Assembly (NCBI RefSeq): GCF_006345805.1
Contig: NW_021825016.1
Location: 1-15,892, forward strand
DNA length: 15,892 nucleotides
DNA from: Octopus sinensis
Taxonomy: Eukaryota
Reading direction: 5' to 3'
This document shows positions 1 through 8,263 of the stretch, one piece after another. The notes beneath the pieces are model-generated. The model did no database searches, was not told the DNA's origin, and saw only the letters and a list, made by a program, of their open reading frames with translations. Within the stretch, counting starts at the first letter, position 1, and each line of letters starts with the position of its first letter. A program made the translations under genes and the position numbers.

Positions 1-99
1 CTGTTATTGTTGTTGTTTATGGTGTGTGGTGTTGGTGGTGGTTGGTGGTGGTGGAGTTACGTAGAGGGCATACGATTATGTACATACCTTAAGATTTCG

Positions 100-181
100 T
101 TTTATATATTAATATATGTATGGAAATATATGTATAGATATATTTGTATGCATGTACGTATGTATATATATATATATATGA

Positions 182-218
<37 letters not shown>

Positions 219-301
219 ATATATAATATATATATAATATATAAATGTGTGGTGTGTATATATGTATATATGTATATATATATATGTGTGTGTCTCGTGT
301 G

Positions 302-332
<31 letters not shown>

Positions 333-361
333 TCAACACACCACATGCATATATACATATG

Positions 362-394
<33 letters not shown>

Positions 395-500
395 GTATGT
401 ATATATATGTACATATATATTGTGTACGTATATATACATATACATACATACATATTGCATATACATCTATCTATCTATACACACACACATGCACACATAC
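100..500. repeat. (TA)n/(TATG)n/(CA)n compound microsatellite
   Basis: Direct reading of the sequence; explains the Y/I-rich spurious ORFs in this interval. Confidence 0.97.
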
Positions 501-669
501 ACATATGTAACGCACTGGGTTTTAGATTCGCACAATATGGCCAGGTGTTTCAACTTTTGTCTCATCGGAGTGTCTTCTCTGTTAAGACAAGATACATAAC
601 ATTTGGACATATTTTAAGAAAGCGTCAAGACTTTCTCCTTGTGTCATGTATTTTCTTTTCTTGTTGCAG

Positions 670-734
670 CTTTCTCCGACCACATCGAGGCTTTGATCGT
701 TGATGTGTTTAATCCAGATCTACCAAAGGATTAA
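670..734 (+). CDS. Candidate terminal coding exon (phase 1), peptide xFSDHIEALIVDVFNPDLPKD*; resembles nuclear-receptor helix 12/AF-2
   Basis: Strong polypyrimidine acceptor (tattttcttttcttgttgcAG, AG at 668-669); open frame from 672 to TAA 732-734; non-repetitive sequence follows as a plausible 3' UTR. Family assignment is pattern recall only. Confidence 0.45.
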
Positions 735-1039
735 CAAACGGCAACAACGATAGAAAATATGCACTGAACGACATCTGAACTGCATTGATTCCGTCAAGAA
801 GCCACGCAGTACAAGCAGAAGCCGCTCTTCCGATAGATTTACTTATTTGGCCAAACCGTAATTGCCAACGTCGTACAAATGGTGTGACATCAACTTGTGT
901 TGCTGGGAAACTGACTGTGCATCATATGCAACACAGACATACAAAGTATCTTTCCCAAACTGTTCTACAACAATAATAATAATAACAACTACAACAATAA
1001 TAAAGATGATGATGGTCGACTCTCCTGTCGAACAATACT

Positions 1040-1230
1040 CTTTTACACATTTCAGTCACTTGACTGTGACCATGCTGGAGCACCGCCTTTAGTCGAACGA
1101 ATCAACCCCAGGATTTATTCTTTGTAAGTCTAGTACTTGTTCTATCGGTTTCTTTTGCAGAAATGCTATGTTTCGGGGACGTAAACACATCAACATCGGG
1201 ACAAAGACAGACACAAAGACATACACTCAT

Positions 1231-1268
<38 letters not shown>

Positions 1269-1438
1269 GTATATGACAGGCTTCTTACAGTTTCCATCTA
1301 CCAAGTCCACTCACAAGGCTTTGGTCGGCTCGAGGCTATAGTAGAAGACACCAGCCCAAGGTGCGACGCCGTGGAACTGAACCCGGAACTTTGTGGTTGA
1401 GAAGTAATTTTCTTACCACACAGCGACATTTGCGCCCA
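1040..1438 (-). mobile_element. tRNA-derived SINE (family A; octopus CORE-type) with internal (TA)/(TG) microsatellite
   Basis: Minus strand reads head ...gtcgctgtgtggtaag...ccgggttcagttcc (degenerate A and B boxes), then ccttggg CORE-like body ctatagcctcgagccgaccaaagccttgtgagtgg, and 3' module ...gactaaaggcggtgctccagcatgg. Matches a recalled abundant Octopus SINE. Confidence 0.85.
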
Positions 1439-1530
1439 TATATATACATATATATAAAATACAAAATAATACATTGTATCATACTCTATACATACATACA
1501 TACATACGTATATATTATGTTCACCATATA

Positions 1531-1572
<42 letters not shown>

Positions 1573-1580
1573 ACATATTT
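1438..1580. repeat. (TA)n/(TACA)n microsatellite
   Basis: Direct reading. Confidence 0.95.
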
Positions 1581-2039
1581 AATACATAAAATAACACAAA
1601 TCCAAAGAGCTTAGTCAAATTTAATGCGTGTATATATAATCACACATAAAAGGGTGTGTGTATGTTTGTGTGTGTCTGTGTGCGTGTATTTGATTCTGAT
1701 AGAAGTAGAAGTCGTAGTAGTAGTAGTTGGGGTAGTGGTGGTGGTGTTGATAATACTCTTGTTAAGATGGTGGTGGTGGTGGTGATGATGTTGATGATGA
1801 TGATGGTGATTGGCTGTGAGGAGGGTGGGGAGGGAGGTGGAAGTTGGTGTATATCGAAAAGACGAGCGTAAACTGTAAAAAAAGGCGGCCAACTTTTGTT
1901 GGAAGGAGGCCGATGAGAGATTAAGCGGTTCGTAATTGGGGTGGCGACACCGGGGCAACGAATTGGCCGTGAGGGACACACAGACAGAGTATTGTTGGAT
2001 ACTGATTACTGATGTGATTACTAATGGAGCGTGAAATTA

Positions 2040-2486
2040 ACGAAGACAACAACCACACTGATGAGGATGATGATGATGGTGGTGATGATGATGATGGTGG
2101 TGGAGGTAGTAGTGATGGCGGTGATGATGATTAGGAGAAAGAGAAAGAGGAGATGTACAAGGAAGAAGAGGACGATAATGATGATGATGGTCATCATAAT
2201 TATGATGATGATGATCATCATCATCATTATCATTACCATGGTGGTGGTAGCGATGATGATGATAATTATGATGATGATGGTGATGATGATGGTGATGATG
2301 TCATCAATAATGATCATAATGATTACAAATCCGTTTTACAAAGCCTCACTACGATTATTGCTACTATCACCACCACCACCACCACCACCACCACCACCAC
2401 CACCACCACCACCACCACCATCACCACCACCACCACCACCACCAACCACCACCACCACCGCCGCCGCCGCCGCTGCTGCTGCTGCC
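2040..2486. repeat. Compound trinucleotide tract: (GAT/GGT)n, then (ACC)n ~30 units at 2368-2460, then (GCC)n(GCT)n
   Basis: Direct reading. Confidence 0.95.
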
Positions 2487-2544
2487 TGTGGCAGCCCATA
2501 GAACAGTGCAAGCGGGACATTTGTATGTATTCCGATGTGAGAGA

Positions 2545-2690
2545 GGGGTAGGGGGTTAGGGGTAGGGAGTGCGGAAGAAGACATAGAAGTGGCGGATGTG
2601 ATGTGTGACAGTCACGTGGTTCATTAAGAGACGGGGTGGGGCGTGGGGGGAGTGAGACATGTCAAATTATGACGTTCCATTCTCGGAACA
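2545..2690 (+). promoter_or_regulatory. Candidate cis-regulatory island: G-quadruplex motif plus clustered TF motifs
   Basis: GGGG-TA-GGGGG-TTA-GGGG-TA-GGG at 2545-2567; TGACAG 2606-2611; GTCACGTG 2611-2618; GGGGCGTGG 2638-2646; TGACGT 2670-2675; TTCTCGGAA (GAS/STAT consensus) 2680-2688. Confidence 0.3.
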
Positions 2691-2704
2691 GGGTTGTTGG
2701 TCAC

Positions 2705-3090
2705 TCCTACCACCGCCACCACAGCACCAGTAACTTCTCCACGCACCCCCCACTTCACCACCACCATCACATCAACATCATTACACTCCTACTCCCACCG
2801 CCATGACCACCACCACCAAACTTACCCTGTGATGCCATCGCCTCCACCAGCATCATAATTACTTGGCTACGACCACAACAATAATAACAGCATCAACGCC
2901 ACTACATCGCCATCACTCATACGATCATCCCTTTTATTCAATGCCACCACCTCCGTCAACAACAACAACATCAACGTGAAGTCAAGCAAAACTACTACAC
3001 TATAGATACTACAACATCACTACATCAATACTACTACCGCCACCACCACAACCACTACAACAACAACACCAGCAACAACAACAACGACGT
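2705..3090. repeat. Degenerate (ACC/ATC/AAC)n trinucleotide low-complexity tract
   Basis: Direct reading. Confidence 0.9.
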
Positions 3091-3194
3091 CCAGTTCCGC
3101 ATCCGTACCCAATGTTTAAAGACTTTATTAGCCATTTACACAGTCACTGAAGCATCAGCCATCTTTGTTACAGACGGGTTTTGATCTCGGCCAT

Positions 3195-3721
3195 GACACA
3201 TACACATACACACATGCACGCATGCACACACACACACACGCACATTTACGCATATACACACATACCTAGATGTAGTGGGAGCTGTGCAGGGGGGAGGCAG
3301 GCTCTGTTAAATAAGATTATTACATTCACTGACATAGGAAGTCATCTTTGTGGCAAACATTTAATTGTTTTATATCAGCATACATGGTTGTGTGTGTGTG
3401 TGTGGTGTGTGTGCGTGCGTGTGTGTGTGTGTGTGTGTGTGGTGTGTGTGTGTGTGTATGTGTGTATGGGTACGAGGTGTATTTATGTGTGGGTGTATGT
3501 CCTTCAGTTTATCTCACTCTCCGATCTAACTGTCTCTCTTTAGGTTGTTAGTTTTTTCTCTCCCCCTCTCACTGCACACACACACTTACATATGTATGTA
3601 TGAATATATATATCTTTGTGTGTGTATACATATATATATAAATACATGTATGCATATATGTATATATATATGTATATATAATATATAGATATATACATAC
3701 GTGTATGTATATGTATATATG

Positions 3722-3755
<34 letters not shown>

Positions 3756-3985
3756 GCATACATACATATATATTAGGTATGTATTACTATATATATATAA
3801 TATAACATACATAGGCCCACACACACACACACACCACACATATATATTATATATAGATATAACATACACACACACACACAACATATATATATATATAATA
3901 TAATAATATATATATATATATAGATATATATATATATATATATATGTACATATATATACACACACACATATATATATGTATGTAT
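3195..3985. repeat. (CA)n, (TG)n and (TA)n microsatellite cluster with short unique spacers
   Basis: Direct reading. Confidence 0.93.
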
Positions 3986-5405
3986 TTTAAGGTTCATCTC
4001 GCTCCCCGCGGATATCCTGGGATGCATCATCAGTGATGCTTCTGGAGTCCTGGGATGTTTCATGTCCTTCCTCATCAGACACTCTCGCCCGATGAATTCA
4101 GCCGGGATTGATCAAGTTCCAGCTTCTATATCCTAAAAGCTGCAAACCCCTGGTCTCTGCTCACTCTATCCAACGCCCCCTAGAGACCTTCTCTTCAGCT
4201 TCAGCGATGGAATTTCTAGCCCTCTCTCTTTGCTGCCCCAGTAATTCCAAGCCCAGCCAACGCTTTATAAAATGAACGCCCTACAAACCCACTTCGGTTG
4301 CCTCGCAACGATCTCAGTGTCACGGAAGCTTCCTCTCGTGAGGTTTTTGCCTGTGTTCCTCTTCGAGTACAATCAGTTCCCACACTAGCATCTGTCTGCT
4401 GGAATTTTAGATGATTATCTCTGGTCAGAGTATTGTCGGTACGATGTGATCTGGGAAGTTTAACCATTCTATGAGTTCCTCTCTCAGCGGCCAGTCTGGG
4501 GCTGAGGAATGTAAGCATGATGATCGTTGAAATTTCAGTGAGTTGGACTTCTCTCCGACCCTGATAAAAGTAATGGTTTCTTTCTTGGACAGAATGGTTA
4601 TCGATATCATATGCCAACCACCCTGAGCCACCTGGTTATGCCACCAGCGGTGGTGACCATCGGCTGAGGCCATGGGGAAAATGCTGAGGAGTTGTTGAAA
4701 ATACCCTCTTTTAGTGCACAAGGGACAGAGTGGTGCTTCAGTCTTGCCCCATGTAAGGCGTATTTTGCTGGACTTGGTAAAGTGTCGTAGACAGCCTAGA
4801 GTAGAAATCTGATGCGCTCAGCGTTCGCCTTCTGGAGAGGGAACACGGTAATTTTCTGCTATTATACGTTGGCCCATCTTGTCCAGGTTCTTTGTTGGCT
4901 GAGTCCCAACATCCTGCTAGCTTTCTTCAATGCCTATGCGAACTTCTTGGAGCATATAACGCTCTTTTGCTTTGACACTTCCAGTTTGGTGGGTTGGGAA
5001 ATAGCCCAAGCCTGAGCACCCTCTCATCACCATCCCAACCAGAGCATTCTGCTTCAACCATTCCTCTGACACTTGCTACCTGTGCAAACTTCAATGCTAC
5101 TTATGTGTTACTGAAATCTCTGTTCTTGAAGGCCTCCCTTGTTCTTGCCACTCTGAACCCATCTGGGAGGTCACTGAATGCGAGTCAGTCGTAATGTATT
5201 GGTTGACCCATACAGAGCAATACTGCTTAGCCTCCTTGGTAAGCCAGGTCACCTCTTCAACATTTTGCTAATCTTCCTCTCTAGGGATTCTACAGCAGAC
5301 ATGCTAACATCGTTTAATGACAGGGACCCCCAAATCCTGGGCAGCATGGCATGCTGATACACCCAGGCTTTGAAGCGACTGGGCAATCCAGATTTGTCGG
5401 CATAG
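3985..5405 (-). mobile_element. 5'-truncated degenerate non-LTR retrotransposon, Hero clade (R2 group, restriction-like endonuclease): RT thumb, CCHC knuckle, RLE, 3' UTR
   Basis: Minus-strand conceptual translation across stops and frameshifts: ADKSGLPSRFKAWVYQHAMLPRIW...LERKISKMLKR*PGLPRRLSSIALYG (~5200-5400); RIRFLL*AVYDTLPSPA; TWGKTEAPLCPLCTKRG...GHHRWWHNQV (decayed CCHC, ~4630-4760); FPDHIVPTIL*PEIII...ELIV (decayed PD..E RLE motif, ~4350-4450); GFVGRSFYKALAGLGITGAAKR. These match the motif order of Hero ORFs as I recall them. Confidence 0.9.
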
Positions 5406-5407
5406 AT

Positions 5408-5554
5408 AAGTTTCACGCTGAAGTGATCGTCAAGCGAGAAAGGAAATCTAGACCATATCTCTTTTAAACTTTTTCTGCGGTTCCAGTTTCATGTCACAAC
5501 GATTGTTAGTCTAGATTTCCTTTCTCGTTTGATGATCGCTTCAGCGTGAAACTT
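5408..5554. repeat. 46-bp inverted repeat (43/46 identity) with 55-bp spacer, flanked by GAT direct repeats
   Basis: 5408-5453 aagtttcacgctgaagtgatcgtcaagcgagaaaggaaatctagac vs 5509-5554 gtctagatttcctttctcgtttgatgatcgcttcagcgtgaaactt; GAT at 5405-5407 and 5555-5557. Confidence 0.95.
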
Positions 5555-5829
5555 GATTCGCAGAAAAGAATTCGATTTACATCAGCGATGGACTTTATAA
5601 TTGTATTAGTAGATAAAATATTGCGTGCGTGTGCGCGCATGTGTGCGTGTGTGTGATTGTGTGTGAGTGCGTGTGTACACACACAAACACATACTGTGTG
5701 CAACCGATTTTCACAGTCCGGTGATTGCTCTTATTTTTGTCCCATTCACTATTCAATATTGCAATCCGCAAATATTTGCGATACAACCGTGACCACACCG
5801 TCTTGTTTTACATTGCATCCTTCTTATTT

Positions 5830-6018
5830 CTTATTGTTGAGTCGTCCTGTTATTCCAGACGAAGCAGATCTCTGGTCAAATATGTTCCAGTCGCAGCCGT
5901 CCAACATTTGCTTAGGCATAGTCTATCAAGGACTACATTATCCAAAGTATCACCCCACCTTTTTTTTTTTTAATATTATGACGTGGTTTGATGCAGATTT
6001 AGCTGTTATTTCTCGCAC
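5830..6018 (-). mobile_element. Old SINE-like interspersed repeat (family D), minus-strand copy
   Basis: Reverse complement agaaataacagctaaatc...ataatgtagtccttgatagactatgcct...gactggaacatatttgacc aligns by eye to the + copy at 12050-12245 (aatagcagctaag...aatgtatacctagatatacagggcct...). Confidence 0.65.
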
Positions 6019-6061
6019 TGGTTCATTATGGCAGCATAGCCGACCGCAAGAGACGTGGTTT

Positions 6062-6140
6062 TTACCATTCATTTGACCTCTTAGAAATAGCAACCAAATA
6101 TCCCTCAGATCACTTCCTGCTGTCTTAAGAAGGAAACGAT
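6062..6140 (+). mobile_element. Family D repeat, 5' fragment
   Basis: ttgacctcttagaaatagcaaccaaatatccctcagatcac...gtcttaagaaggaa matches the head of the other copies in the window. Confidence 0.6.
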
Positions 6141-6455
6141 CGAAGTTAATGGGTGTCTGTGAAATTAGTGATAAGATTGTTCTCAATTTCTACACCTGGT
6201 GGTTATTACAACCAGAGTTTTCTGAAACCTATCTCTATCAAGGTCAGAAACTTCAATAAATCTGATAATTATAGCCTCTTTAACTTGACCAGTGGTAAAA
6301 CTGGTCCCCTTTAACCATGTAACACTTGGCGTATATTTACCAGAAGACATAAACAATGAATAGTTAATTGTCAGAGTGCGGACGTTGTCAGAGTTTGGAC
6401 ATTGTTAGAATGTGGGCACTCTCAGATGATAGTGTTTCACTTTCAAATTGCTTTT

Positions 6456-6456
<1 letters not shown>

Positions 6457-6524
<68 letters not shown>

Positions 6525-6615
6525 ACTGTAGGTAGGAAGGTAGGAAGGTAGACAGGTGGGAAGGTACGAAAGTAGATAGGTAGGTAGATAGATAGGTAGG
6601 TAGGCAGGTAAGCAG
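6457..6615. repeat. (TAGA)17 perfect tetranucleotide (6457-6524) followed by degenerate (GGTA/GGAA)n
   Basis: Direct reading. Confidence 0.97.
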
Positions 6616-6712
6616 ATTTCCAAGGGCCCCATGAGACATATGAAACCGAGATGTGCTAATGTAGGTCACGTGGTCTCTTACAAATTTACAACTTCTTAAA
6701 ATTTTCCCGCAG

Positions 6713-6928
6713 ACGCCATTGAATTACCTTCGTCAACTTTGATGAGATTTGACAGTTTCCGGAAGCAAATAAGACCTCTTCCTCCATCGATCCAACACTC
6801 TGCGATATCGAATCAGTTTGGATATTCTTCTAAAGGCCACTCCGATATATTTCTGGCAAACCGGCGTTCTAAATGTCAAAGGTCACTCAAGGAAGGATTG
6901 GTTGACAAATTTGGGCAAATGAAGAAAG
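6713..6928 (+). CDS. Candidate internal coding exon (216 nt, phase 1-1), unknown product xAIELPSSTLMRFDSFRKQIRPLPPSIQHSAISNQFGYSSKGHSDIFLANRRSKCQRSLKEGLVDKFGQMKK
   Basis: Acceptor aaattttcccgcAG (6711-6712), donor AAG|GTGATT (6929); frame open across the whole non-repetitive island. No homolog recognised, and a competing minus-strand reading exists. Confidence 0.25.
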
Positions 6929-6934
6929 GTGATT

Positions 6935-7590
6935 GGGGTGGGTGCGGGTGGTGTAGTTGTGAGAGGAGGAGAATGAGGGAAAGAGAAGAGAAAGTAAGAA
7001 AACAGAGATAGCGTCTGTGTGTGTTGGAATGAAAGGTGGTGAACTGAGGTAGGGGTAAGGGTTTAAAATGATAGATAGGCAGATAGATATACACACACAT
7101 AGGTATACAGGTAGATAAATAGTTTAGCAGATAGGAAGGTAAGTAGGAAAACAGAGAGATTTGAGAAGTGAAGGGAGAGAGAGAGACAGAGAGGAGATGA
7201 TGGATATATGTATGTGTGTGTGTGTGTGTATATACATACACACACACATACATAGATACATACATACATACATACATACATACATACATACATACATACA
7301 TGCAGGCATGCATATTGAGAAGGAAAGATTCAGAGGGAGAAGAGAGAGAGAGAGAGGAGGAAGAAAGTGATTGAAAGGTTGTAGTGGGAGATAAGTGTAA
7401 ATAACAGAGGTGGATGGAATGGGATGTGGTGGTAGGAGAGAGATAGAAAGAGAGTAGGGAGAAAGAGGGGGGAGGCAAGGACAAGGAGAATATGGTTATG
7501 CTGTGTGCGTGTGTGTATAAGATGGTGTGTGTGCGTGTGTGCGTGCGTGTGTGTGTGTGTGTGTATTCGTATACATATGCGTGTGTGTGA
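6935..7590. repeat. Purine-rich low complexity, (TG)n, (TACA)n and (GA)n tracts
   Basis: Direct reading. Confidence 0.9.
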
Positions 7591-7680
7591 CTACAGAAAT
7601 TTCGGGCATTTTATTTCTTTGAAAACAATTTGTAACAACAGCAACAACAAGGAGAATAACAACAATAACTATTATTATTG

Positions 7681-7868
7681 TACTTGTTTTGGCACAACAC
7701 CAGCAATTTGAGGGGAGGGGTTAATCAATTACATCGTCCACTGTACTTAGCTGGCACTTTATTTTATCAACTCCAACCCCGGGATTTGAACCCCGAACTG
7801 AAAGAGCCGGAAGAAATGGTTAACAGCAGATTGACCGACTCGCTAACGATTCTACCATCTCGCTGCTT
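7681..7868 (-). mobile_element. tRNA-derived SINE family B, diverged copy
   Basis: aatttgaggggaggggttaatcaattacatcg...gggatttgaacc...gctaacgattctaccatctcgc aligns to the copy at 7995-8183. Confidence 0.7.
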
Positions 7869-7871
7869 TAT

Positions 7872-7920
7872 ATACTACTACTACTACTACTACTACTAAT
7901 AATAATAATAATAATAACAA

Positions 7921-7958
<38 letters not shown>

Positions 7959-7994
7959 CAACAACAACAGCAACAACAATAATAATAATAATAA
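7872..7994. repeat. (TAC)n(AAT)n(AAC)n SINE-tail microsatellite
   Basis: Direct reading. Confidence 0.95.
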
Positions 7995-8181
7995 TTGTTT
8001 CTACTATAGGCACTAGTCTTGAAACTTCGGTGGAGGGGTTAAATTGCTTACATCGACCCCCAGTACTTAATTCATCGACCCCGAAAGGATGAGAGGCAAA
8101 GTCGACCTCGGCGGAATTTGAACTCAGAACGTAGCGAGCGACGAGCGAAATACCGCTGAACGATTCTGCCAGCTCGCCCCC

Positions 8182-8183
<2 letters not shown>
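7995..8183 (-). mobile_element. tRNA-derived SINE family B, best-preserved copy
   Basis: Minus strand: ggcgagctggcagaatcgtt (A box), gagttcaaattccgccgaggtcgactttgcct (B box), cctttcggggtcgat...ggggtcgatgtaa, tail gcctatagtagaaac+(ATT)n. Recalled as a very abundant Octopus SINE. Confidence 0.88.

Positions 8184-8261
<78 letters not shown>
8184..8261. repeat. (AAT)26 perfect trinucleotide
   Basis: Direct reading. Confidence 0.98.

Positions 8262-8263
<2 letters not shown>

Noticed and set aside
999-1004. AATAAA as the poly(A) signal for the 670-734 exon
   Set aside because: It is embedded in an (AAT)n tract where the hexamer arises trivially; not independent evidence.
4024-4080. Box C (TGATGA) / box D (CTGA) pair as a C/D snoRNA
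   Set aside because: It lies inside a retrotransposon 3' UTR, the spacing is short (~50 nt), and there is no terminal stem or recognisable guide.
4050-4090. CTGATGA...GAAA on the minus strand in the Hero 3' UTR as a hammerhead
   Set aside because: The intervening ggaaggacat cannot form stem II, and no UH site with a matching stem I/III closure is present.
6183-6350. 55-aa minus ORF with PSVTWLKG resembling an Ig I-set strand
   Set aside because: It lacks the conserved cysteines and the D-x-G-x-Y-x-C motif, and has no convincing splice sites.
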